A stretch of 31,496 nt of DNA from positions 1 through 31,496 of the IMG/VR virus record IMGVR_UViG_3300031839_000053. The stretch is one strand, 5' to 3'. The translations under genes and the position numbers were made by a program. Origin of the DNA: a virus (Duplodnaviria; Caudoviricetes). Below, in pieces: positions 23,950-31,496 of the stretch; the stretch's first letter is position 1; every line of letters begins with the position of its first letter. The notes under the pieces were generated by a model. That model made no database searches and was not told the origin of the DNA. It saw only the letters and a list, made by a program, of their open reading frames with translations.

Positions 23950-26900
23950 TACGCTAAGTCTCCGTGAAGCGTAAGGTAAACGTCTGCCATGTCACGTGCG
24001 CCACCATCATCGTGCATACAATCAGTGTCACAACTTGTCGTTGCTCTGCTCACAACCCCAGCAATGTCACATTGAGAGTCATTAAAGTTTGCTGAAGTTG
24101 TTACAGAGTAATCTGAATTGCTGGTGGAATTTGTGAAACTGGTGCGATAAGACCCTGTTCCAAGATCGGCTAATGCTGAGACATTGTAGCTGTCACTTGT
24201 GCTTACGGTTCCTGTGCCAACATAGCTGTGCCAAGCCTTCGCAGACCCTTGCCTTACATCCACACGGTGGTTGTTTGAGCCTTCGGCGTACAGAACCAAA
24301 TTGCCGTCAATGTTTCCTGCTGTCGGTCCTGATGGTCCGGTTGGCCCCGTTGATCCAGTTGGGCCAGTAGGGCCAGTCGGTCCAGTTGGTCCAGCAGGGC
24401 CAGCAGGGCCAGCAGAACCAGTCGGTCCAGCAGGGCCAGCAGGGCCAGTGGGTCCAGCACCACCATCATCGCCAGCAGGTCCAGTGGGACCAGTGGGTCC
24501 AGTGGGTCCTGTTGGGCCAGTTGGTCCTGCCAATGCAGCATTAGCTATAGTTTGTTTTTCCCACCTACTTGCTGTTACATCATATACGACTAATAGATCA
24601 CTAGAGGCTGCATCCGTATTTGTAGGGAATGCAGTGAGAGTGTTACCAATGAACGTATCTAGCGCAGTCCCATCCACTGTAATAGCATCAGCTTCAAGGG
24701 TGCCATCAATATCTGCATTTCCTGATATATCTAGGGTAGCACCGTCTACCTCGCCTGTTACGGTGATGCTATCTACATACGCATCCTTCCACCGCACAGA
24801 ACTGCTGCCCAAGTCAACGTCACTGTCAGACTGTGGCCCAAAGATGTTGTCACCCAAGTATACCTGTTCCACGTTAGCCGCATAGAAATGTATTTCGTCT
24901 GCAGTCTCAAAGTCAATCTTGGTCTGGTCATCCTCACCAATCTTTAAGTCTGTAGCCAAGATAGAGGTAATGCCTGTCTGTGCAGCGTCAACTGTAAATG
25001 TAAGATCAAATGGATCACCGTCATTGCCCGTGGACGTGTCAGTAAAGTTAGTGGTTATTCCTGAACCGATAAACTTTAGTTCTTTGGCGTTGTTGATTGT
25101 AACTTCTGTGCCGTCATCATCTTCCACTTGGAAGCTAGCCATAGCACCCGCACCAGTTATCTCATTATCAACGTAGGCTTTAACAGATTGCTGTGTAGGA
25201 ATAAGAGTTGCACTGTTAGACGCCATGTCGTCTTCGTCAACAAATGCTGTGGCCGTTATTGTGCCATCTGATATACTGCCAAAGGTAATTGTGCCCGTAG
25301 TTGTTATGGCACTTGATCCATTATCAATAGCACCGAATCCGCTGGTGATGCTGCCACTGTTTATCGCACCCGTTGTAACAATGTTAGAACTTCCTGCCGC
25401 TGGTGCTGCTGCTATATCCGACAGCACCTCTGATGCAGAACGTCCTTCAATGGATGTACCGTCAATACGTAAGAAGTCATTGTCGGCAGCACCGCTAGTA
25501 AACACAGGCAGATTGCCATTAGATATACCAGTGGACAGAGTAGCTACTGTGGTAATCGCTGTGCCATCTAACGTGATTGCATCAGCTTCTAAAGTACCGT
25601 CAATGTCTGCATCACCGGATATGTCAAGAGAACCTGCATCCAACTCACCAGTAATTGTAAAGTTGCGAATGCCTGTGTAGTCTTTATTGGAGTCTAGTAT
25701 AACTGCCTTAGATGCAATAGCGTTACCGACTGCTGTTGAACCCAAATCAAGTGCGTTGATTTCGCCTACGACTACTGTAGCACCGTCAAGGATATTTAGT
25801 TCGGCAGGGGTAGACGTAATGGCTGTGTTACTTGCTGCAGCCAGCAAAGGAATTGTGCCCGACTGGTCGGGAAGGTTAATCGTGCGGTCCGCCGTCGGGT
25901 CTATAATAGTAAGTGTAGTTTCGTTAGCGTCAGCAGTGGCACCCTCGAAAATAATGGCATTTGCTGCATTCATCGTAACGGTATCTACGGTGGTCGTTGT
26001 ACCTGCCACAGTAAGTTTAGGTACTAACAGTTCGCCTGTGCTTGGATTATATCGCAAAGCACCAGTGTCATCCAGCAGTCCATTTGATTCGTCATGGAAC
26101 ACAACAGGGAAGTTAGTGTTAGCTGTGCTGTCAGTAACGGTAGTTGTTGCTGCCAAAGTAGCATTAGCAACTGTTACTCCTGCAATAACTGTATTTAGTG
26201 CTGTACCATTAACCGTAATCGCATCTGCTTCTAGGGTTCCATCAATGTCTGCGTCACCTGATACGTCAAGCGAACCTGCGTCCAACTCACCTGTTAAAGT
26301 AATATTACGGAAGCTGGCTACGTCTTTATTAGCATCTGCTGTAACTACTTTACTAGCTACAACTGTGCCTACAGCAGCACCTGTGTCACTGTAGTTAAGC
26401 TCTGCAGTGGTAGCAGTAACACCATCAAGAATGTTTAGTTCTGCTGCCGTGGACGTTACACCATCAAGAATGTTTAGTTCTGCTGCCGTGGACGTTACAC
26501 CATCAAGAATGTTTAATTCCGCTGCTGTAGACGTTACATTTGTACCACCTATATCCAGTGTAGTCACAGATATTTCACCTGCCACAGTCAGCAGCCCACT
26601 AGCAACGGTAAGCAAATCGGTATCATCCGTGTGACCGATTGTTGTGCCGTTGATAACTACATCGTCAATATCCAGAGAACCGCCTGTAATTAAACCTGTG
26701 GTTGTTATGGTTGACGATCCTGTGTCAATCGTACCAAAACCAGACGTGATCGAACCAGAGTTGAGTGCCCCCACAGTCGTAGCTGCGGTGGTAACAAGGT
26801 TTGGCATCGCCGTAATTTCGTCATCAAAATAGGCAGCTAAGTCTGTGACCGCCACCTGTTTCATAGTTCCTGCATCGTTGAAGACAACACGGTCAGCGTC

Positions 26901-27470
26901 TACTACAGTAGTAGCACTGGCAGACGTATCACCATCCATGATGTTTATTTCGGCTGTGGTGACTGTTGCACCGTCGAGTATTTCAAGTTCTGCTTCAGAG
27001 ATATCTGCACCACCAATTGTCAGTGTGCCCGATATGTCTACGTTACCGTTGATATCTACAGTGGTGGCAGCAATCTGGATTTCCGTGTCAGCTATAAGGT
27101 CAAGCTGCCCATCTGCGCTTGAGTGGATATAGATAGCCGTATCCCGAAACTGCAGCTTCTCTGTGCTGGCTACAAGGATGTCATCAGAAAACTCAAAGTA
27201 ATCTTCGTCTTCCATCCATTTGAGTACACCGTCGTTTGACTCCCCGTCAAATGTAACTGTAATGTCTGTGCCAGCCGTAGCTGCACCAAATGTGAGTGTG
27301 TTGCCAAGCAGCTTGGTGATTGGGCCACCCTCTGCATCAGTGCCATCGTGTGTATGTCCAGTGCTTGCAGCAAATGCAGCCAGTAACTGATTGAACTCGT
27401 TGTTACTGTCGGACGCTTGAATAATGTCTCCGTCAGCATACGATGACTGTCGTGTGTAAGATGCGCCCAT
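23949..27470 (-). CDS. Tail fibre protein with internal repeats and collagen-like segment (1173 aa)
   Basis: N-terminal YTRQSS...NNEFNQL...GHTHDG anchor, Thr/Gly/Asp-rich repeats, 23 Gly-X-Y triplets and C-terminal SAKAW...SYNVS..D.GTG.Y domain. Confidence 0.88.
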   Translation of the reverse strand: MGASYTRQSSYADGDIIQASDSNNEFNQLLAAFAASTGHTHDGTDAEGGPITKLLGNTLTFGAATAGTDITVTFDGESNDGVLKWMEDEDYFEFSDDILVASTEKLQFRDTAIYIHSSADGQLDLIADTEIQIAATTVDINGNVDISGTLTIGGADISEAELEILDGATVTTAEINIMDGDTSASATTVVDADRVVFNDAGTMKQVAVTDLAAYFDDEITAMPNLVTTAATTVGALNSGSITSGFGTIDTGSSTITTTGLITGGSLDIDDVVINGTTIGHTDDTDLLTVASGLLTVAGEISVTTLDIGGTNVTSTAAELNILDGVTSTAAELNILDGVTSTAAELNILDGVTATTAELNYSDTGAAVGTVVASKVVTADANKDVASFRNITLTGELDAGSLDVSGDADIDGTLEADAITVNGTALNTVIAGVTVANATLAATTTVTDSTANTNFPVVFHDESNGLLDDTGALRYNPSTGELLVPKLTVAGTTTTVDTVTMNAANAIIFEGATADANETTLTIIDPTADRTINLPDQSGTIPLLAAASNTAITSTPAELNILDGATVVVGEINALDLGSTAVGNAIASKAVILDSNKDYTGIRNFTITGELDAGSLDISGDADIDGTLEADAITLDGTAITTVATLSTGISNGNLPVFTSGAADNDFLRIDGTSIEGRSASEVLSDIAAAPAAGSSNIVTTGAINSGSITSGFGAIDNGSSAITTTGTITFGSISDGTITATAFVDEDDMASNSATLIPTQQSVKAYVDNEITGAGAMASFQVEDDDGTEVTINNAKELKFIGSGITTNFTDTSTGNDGDPFDLTFTVDAAQTGITSILATDLKIGEDDQTKIDFETADEIHFYAANVEQVYLGDNIFGPQSDSDVDLGSSSVRWKDAYVDSITVTGEVDGATLDISGNADIDGTLEADAITVDGTALDTFIGNTLTAFPTNTDAASSDLLVVYDVTASRWEKQTIANAALAGPTGPTGPTGPTGPTGPAGDDGGAGPTGPAGPAGPTGSAGPAGPAGPTGPTGPTGPTGSTGPTGPSGPTAGNIDGNLVLYAEGSNNHRVDVRQGSAKAWHSYVGTGTVSTSDSYNVSALADLGTGSYRTSFTNSTSNSDYSVTTSANFNDSQCDIAGVVSRATTSCDTDCMHDDGGARDMADVYLTLHGDLA
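24321..24527 (-). repeat. Collagen-like (Gly-X-Y)23 repeat, 9-bp periodicity
   Basis: GPT x5, [15 protein letters not shown] x2, GPT, GSA, GPA x2, GPT x4, [12 protein letters not shown]; uninterrupted. Confidence 0.95.
26419..26535. repeat. 39-bp tandem repeat x3 encoding [13 protein letters not shown]
   Basis: ACACCATCAAGAATGTTTAGTTCTGCTGCCGTGGACGTT occurs identically at 26419 and 26458; the third copy at 26497 has 4 synonymous differences. Confidence 0.95.
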
Positions 27471-29246
27471 TTAACGTCTCGCTCCTAGTTGGTACTCTAG
27501 CTGAAAACCTTTTAGTGAGTAAGAGGGGGTAGAACCGCCGTCGTTTACTCGTAGGGCTACAGCAAATCCTGATCCCTCTACAGGTTGTCTAATCAGTGGT
27601 TGTGAAGGTCCGCCGTATGTTGGCGTACCGTAAGTGGATGTCCCGTAAATACCTGCAATGCTAGTAGAGTCAAGAGGGTATGCTGCAGGTCGGGCTGATG
27701 CTGATGATTCGTAGTCGTAACGAACAAACATGTCTGCATCGATGGTAGATTCAGGCTTAAAGTTTACAATAACACGCTGCATGTGTTTTCGTATGCCGGG
27801 ATCATTCATTGTAAGATCAGGACTACGGTACTTGCCTAAGATAGCTGTTCCGTTGAACGTGGTACCCTCTTCTTGGCGATATACGTACCCGTCAAATCCG
27901 CCGTGCAAAACAAGAATGTCTCCAGCATCAATTAGGGTGTCTGTACAAGACGGCTTGATTCCCTTAATTGTAGAAAACTCGTACCCTTTGCCTCCACCCT
28001 GCTGGTTTTTAAGAACACAGATTAGTCCTTCTGTTCTGCTTTCCAAGCTACCCGTCTTACTAAAAAACAAACGGTACTGTGTCTTTTCTGGTATGACGAC
28101 AGAATCAAATACTGTAGCGTCGGATATGTTTTCATCAAAAAGGGACTGTACGTTTGAACTTATAGTGCCCAACTCCACGTCACCAATGTTTGCTGTACCC
28201 GCAACTGTCCGCAACCCGTCGGGACCAAGAAACAAAAGATCACCGGCAAATTCTTGAATAGTCTTACCATTGATACATCCAATGTCTCTGGTCACAGGCT
28301 GGACAGCAAAATCGCTTAATGAACTGCCCGTAAGTTTAAATATCCTGTTTTCACAAAATATAAACAAACCGTCACGAAACACTTTGAGGCCAACGATTGT
28401 ATCATCAACTTTGATGCTGCCCGCACCCTGCGCTGAACTAAATCCATCCTCGTTAAACGGCTCACTAAATATTAACTCTTGTGGTCCAGAGTTGCCGGTA
28501 AGTGGCATACCAGCATAAAACATGTGTTCACGGTACGAAGCTACAATAGATGCACCAAGAACAGAACTGGTGCTTACGTCTGTTGCAGACAATGCAGAGT
28601 TAAACACCGTTGGGGCGTTTACTCCGTCAACAACTACAATCTTACTGTTGCCATCAAAATTAAACCGTTCAAACGAATACTTGCCAGCGTTAGTGCGTCC
28701 GGTGTCTCGTTCTGTCCACGATTCTGAAACCACTGTTCTAGTAGTGTCCGAAGTAGCAGCGTGGGCTGCTGCACTGGTTCCACCAGTAGCGCGAGTAACC
28801 CCCGTAAACGTAGTTGATGTTACCCCAGTGTAAGTAAACAACTCGTTGTTTATTTGAAGGGTACCACTAGAACTAAACCCAGTGGTTGATATTACTGTAA
28901 TAGTTCCTGAACCCGTCATTGCTGTGTTAGCAGCAATCGCACTAGATGCACCCCTACCAAGAGACGTAGACGCACTGCTAAAAATCTTTTCGCCCCGTGC
29001 AGCAAGTACTTTATCTTCAAAACTTGTTACCATCAACACCTTTTCGTCAGCGGATGATGTTTGAGGTACTATATGTCGTACGTGACGTTGGAATCCTTGA
29101 ATACGTTTGTATCCGCCTTCTATGTCGGGTTCAAAGTTTTCTAGCTGCAGGGCTTGTCCCGGCTGCATAATAAATGTGGAACGGTTGGCAACTAAGCCCC
29201 CCTCACAGATAAACGGAAATGCAGCGGTTTCACTAAGGTCAGCCAC
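27471..29246 (-). CDS. Probable tail nozzle/tubular protein B (P22 gp10-like stabilisation protein)
   Basis: EGGL...NFEPDIEGGYKRI N-terminus, beta-propeller-like repeats (DIGCING.TIQE..GDL.FL.PDGLR), position between adaptor and fibre. Confidence 0.72.
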   Translation of the reverse strand: MADLSETAAFPFICEGGLVANRSTFIMQPGQALQLENFEPDIEGGYKRIQGFQRHVRHIVPQTSSADEKVLMVTSFEDKVLAARGEKIFSSASTSLGRGASSAIAANTAMTGSGTITVISTTGFSSSGTLQINNELFTYTGVTSTTFTGVTRATGGTSAAAHAATSDTTRTVVSESWTERDTGRTNAGKYSFERFNFDGNSKIVVVDGVNAPTVFNSALSATDVSTSSVLGASIVASYREHMFYAGMPLTGNSGPQELIFSEPFNEDGFSSAQGAGSIKVDDTIVGLKVFRDGLFIFCENRIFKLTGSSLSDFAVQPVTRDIGCINGKTIQEFAGDLLFLGPDGLRTVAGTANIGDVELGTISSNVQSLFDENISDATVFDSVVIPEKTQYRLFFSKTGSLESRTEGLICVLKNQQGGGKGYEFSTIKGIKPSCTDTLIDAGDILVLHGGFDGYVYRQEEGTTFNGTAILGKYRSPDLTMNDPGIRKHMQRVIVNFKPESTIDADMFVRYDYESSASARPAAYPLDSTSIAGIYGTSTYGTPTYGGPSQPLIRQPVEGSGFAVALRVNDGGSTPSYSLKGFQLEYQLGARR

Positions 29247-29247
29247 T

Positions 29248-30312
29248 CTATACAGCCCTCATGTAGTTCTTCCGATTAAGCAACTCAATACGCATACGTT
29301 TAATTCCATCCTCGTATTCCTTTAAGGAGAACTGTGCAGCTTGTACGTCGGAACGAAACATGTGCGTGTAATATTTTGCGCGGGCATTTATCACTGTCTC
29401 AAATCGCGCAGGAATAATTGATGTATCAGTTGCCGCAGATAGATCAGTATTATCGACGTAGTAATCAAACTCTAAGGTTCGATTGCTTGTGTCTGGAATG
29501 GGAGTTAGACCAATTTCATTATTGTAGGTGGTGTATACGTATTCTGGATCAGCAAACCTGTCTGTGTCAGGGCGAGTATCACGCTCACGAAACGCATCGT
29601 TGTACTCTTCATAGGATAAATACTTGAGGGGAATAGGCAAAACATCTTCACTTAGTTCTACCAATTTAACAAACGCTGCATTGCCCGCTGCTTCAGTAAA
29701 GCTTACGTAGTGCGTAGTAGCTGTAGCAGTAAACGTAGTTTCGGTAAGAGCCACTTCGTTGCCACTGGCAATAGTGATCGTAGCAGATTTAGTTTGTGAT
29801 CCACCTGAACTGGTTCCTATCTCAAGAGTGAGTGTGGCACCACTGGTTTGCGTAACTACAATGTAAGACCGGCCCACAATAAGGTCGGTTACTTCTTGGG
29901 ATGCTTCTGCGTTAGTAAGCAGCAAAGTGTTGCCAAACTTAGAACTAGCTACAGGAGTACCGGATACAGCAGTCCAATTAGTAATGCTTGCAGCCCCTGC
30001 AATCTCAAAGTCTCCGTTGGCAATATAGTTTTTTGGACGAAGAAACATTGTGTCGTAGTCAACGTATTTAAGATTTGACGCTATACTCTCATGGCTGTAC
30101 AAAGACTTACCTGCAATCACGTCAACAGAACCAGCAGCACGAGTAAACGGCCAATTTAGTTCAGAGTTGATAAGATCAGTAATCGAACGATTAACATAGT
30201 CTTTTACCGTAGTCTGTACACCACGAGAGTTTGTAAAGTTGGAACTGGTTAGTTCAACTTCGTTAAAGTCGCGGAGTACGTTGTTGACTAAAGTAAGGTA
30301 TGTGCTTGCCAT
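29248..30312 (-). CDS. Probable tail adaptor/tubular protein A with inserted beta-sandwich domain
   Basis: TYLTLVNNVL...NEV...VN....NWPF N-terminus and P.PD...L.FDYY...LS...D...IP C-terminus typical of podoviral adaptors. Confidence 0.72.
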   Translation of the reverse strand: MASTYLTLVNNVLRDFNEVELTSSNFTNSRGVQTTVKDYVNRSITDLINSELNWPFTRAAGSVDVIAGKSLYSHESIASNLKYVDYDTMFLRPKNYIANGDFEIAGAASITNWTAVSGTPVASSKFGNTLLLTNAEASQEVTDLIVGRSYIVVTQTSGATLTLEIGTSSGGSQTKSATITIASGNEVALTETTFTATATTHYVSFTEAAGNAAFVKLVELSEDVLPIPLKYLSYEEYNDAFRERDTRPDTDRFADPEYVYTTYNNEIGLTPIPDTSNRTLEFDYYVDNTDLSAATDTSIIPARFETVINARAKYYTHMFRSDVQAAQFSLKEYEDGIKRMRIELLNRKNYMRAV

Positions 30313-30323
30313 ATTAGTACCCG

Positions 30324-30530
30324 TTAAGTTTCGCTATCCAAATCTTCAAGTGCTTCAAGTTTGTCTTGAGCGTCTGCCCAACTAGCGACTGCCTTGTCCA
30401 TTTCCTCAAGCAACTGCGGATGTTCACCGATAGCCGCCGGGTTATTTGTGTAGTTTGCGTATACAAATAGCGCATCTTTTTTCTGTGCCTCGTACTTGTG
30501 CTTTAGGGCTTCGTAGGCAAGTCGTTTCAT
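30324..30530 (-). CDS. Small hypothetical protein (68 aa)
   Basis: ATG 30530 with GGGAG RBS; NPAAIGEHP motif, helical. Confidence 0.72.
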   Translation of the reverse strand: MKRLAYEALKHKYEAQKKDALFVYANYTNNPAAIGEHPQLLEEMDKAVASWADAQDKLEALEDLDSET

Positions 30531-30549
30531 TTCAGTCTCCCTGTACAAC

Positions 30550-30578
30550 ATTATACACCTATTTATTTAAATTAGCAA
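30550..30578 (-). promoter_or_regulatory. Putative sigma70-type promoter driving the tail module
   Basis: On the - strand: TTGCTA (30578-30573), 17 nt, TATAAT (30555-30550), in an AT-rich intergenic gap just upstream of RBS and ATG 30530. Confidence 0.7.
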
Positions 30579-30581
30579 GGA

Positions 30582-31280
30582 TTATTTTCTTGACTTTTCG
30601 ATTGCTGTGAATGTTTCTCGCAGGGTAGGAGGCTTTTCGTGCTTGGGATCGTACTTGCATTGTATCTCTCGTGGGAAGTATTCCCCCATGTCATTCCAAA
30701 CACTATCCACCGTATTGTTAGGACCATGATATATACATAGCCTTTCTCCGTCTATGTTGCTGCATCCCTTCAGTCTGCACGTTACATATTCAGGCCATGT
30801 TTCTGCATTGGCTAACGTGCCTCTAAGAAATGATATAAACCCGTAAAGTATTCCTGCAGCGAACAGTCCCATCATTATCCACGCTACAATCTCTACAAAC
30901 TTACGGCGGCGTTGTCTTTGTTTGTACAGAGTTTCTTGGCGTTGCTTGCGAATGGACCCCTCCATCTTGACCAACTCATCCCACTTGGACCTTCCAAGCG
31001 TCATGCCAATCCACTGTTGTAGTTCGTAGCGTTGCTGCTGTGCTTTTTGTTTAGCAGCAAATGTTTCTATGGCTTCTTGTTCTACGGACTTACCAGCAAA
31101 CAGTTTCTTAAATATGGGTGGGTTCTTGGCTTCTTTTTCTAGCATGTCCAAGTCGGACATTGCACCCATCCAGCGGGACAGGTCAGAGGCCATTGCCTCA
31201 ATGTCACGTCCTACTTGAAAGCCTTTTTTGATTGCACCGAATGCAGCCGATGCGGTAGCCATCGCGCTAATGGGGTCCAT
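30582..31280 (-). CDS. Membrane protein: N-terminal coiled coil, TM helix, Cys-rich C-terminal domain
   Basis: ATG 31280 overlaps the upstream TGA. RQRQRRRK precedes the hydrophobic FVEIVAWIMMGLFAAGILYGFISF; four Cys follow. Confidence 0.7.
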   Translation of the reverse strand: MDPISAMATASAAFGAIKKGFQVGRDIEAMASDLSRWMGAMSDLDMLEKEAKNPPIFKKLFAGKSVEQEAIETFAAKQKAQQQRYELQQWIGMTLGRSKWDELVKMEGSIRKQRQETLYKQRQRRRKFVEIVAWIMMGLFAAGILYGFISFLRGTLANAETWPEYVTCRLKGCSNIDGERLCIYHGPNNTVDSVWNDMGEYFPREIQCKYDPKHEKPPTLRETFTAIEKSRK

Positions 31281-31471
31281 CAGTATACCTTTACGTTGCC
31301 GTCTGTTATGAACTTCGGCACACAATATGCCGTTATTAGGTTGCCTTGTTTGTGTAGGGTTTGTGCGTACCAGACGCATTCGTTGAGGTCTTTGAAGTGC
31401 ATGTCGTTGCTGACTAGCTTTTTGTCATCCCCTACGCCCACAAAAACAAACAGGAGAAAAACGTGTAGCAC
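31280..31471 (-). CDS. Small secreted/membrane-anchored protein with two Cys
   Basis: Hydrophobic N-terminus LHVFLLFVFVGV, then F.DLNEC...AYCVP. Confidence 0.62.
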   Translation of the reverse strand: MLHVFLLFVFVGVGDDKKLVSNDMHFKDLNECVWYAQTLHKQGNLITAYCVPKFITDGNVKVY

Positions 31472-31496
31472 TATGCTTTTAATTCTTCATCACGAA

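Noticed and set aside
26419-26535. 39-bp repeats as a CRISPR array or DGR template/variable repeat
   Set aside because: The copies are directly adjacent without spacers, in frame, differ only synonymously, and no reverse transcriptase is present in the window.
24173-29064. Many long + strand ORFs opposite the fibre and nozzle genes, including a 204-aa GPV/GPA 'collagen' ORF at 24271-24885
   Set aside because: Antisense shadows produced by codon bias and the near-symmetry of Gly (GGN) and Pro (CCN) codons; no RBS or independent motifs.
1-31496. Stop-codon reassignment
   Set aside because: Standard code gives long, tightly packed genes, and TAA, TAG and TGA are all used as apparent true stops.
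31471-31496. 3' end of an upstream - strand gene (...RDEELKA*)
   Set aside because: Only 26 nt are visible, too little to call a product.

Overview
A 31.5-kb internal segment of a tailed dsDNA phage genome with podovirus-like organisation. It most resembles marine HMO-2011-type/Zobellviridae-related phages; this placement is inferred from the DnaJ-type Zn finger in PolA, the class II RNR and the gene order, not from a database search. The + strand arm (1-11107) carries replication and nucleotide-metabolism genes: partial primase, DnaB-like helicase, a PolA split into 3'-5' exonuclease and polymerase ORFs, probable SSB, Cas4-like exonuclease, T7 endonuclease I-like resolvase, MazG-like protein, DUF3310 protein, a small Zn-ribbon ORF missed by the ORF track, NrdJ and a GIY-YIG-like protein. 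It converges with a - strand virion arm (11104-31496): two membrane/secreted Cys-containing proteins, a tail adaptor and nozzle with inserted domains, a repeat-rich tail fibre with a (Gly-Pro-Thr/Ala)n collagen segment, probable fibre chaperones, a 2OG-Fe(II) oxygenase, several ejection/internal virion proteins and a Met/Lys-rich GG-repeat peptide. The best candidate for an undescribed system is the collagen-like fibre co-transcribed with a prolyl-hydroxylase-like 2OG oxygenase. No rRNA, tRNA, CRISPR array, integrase or RNA polymerase was recognised.
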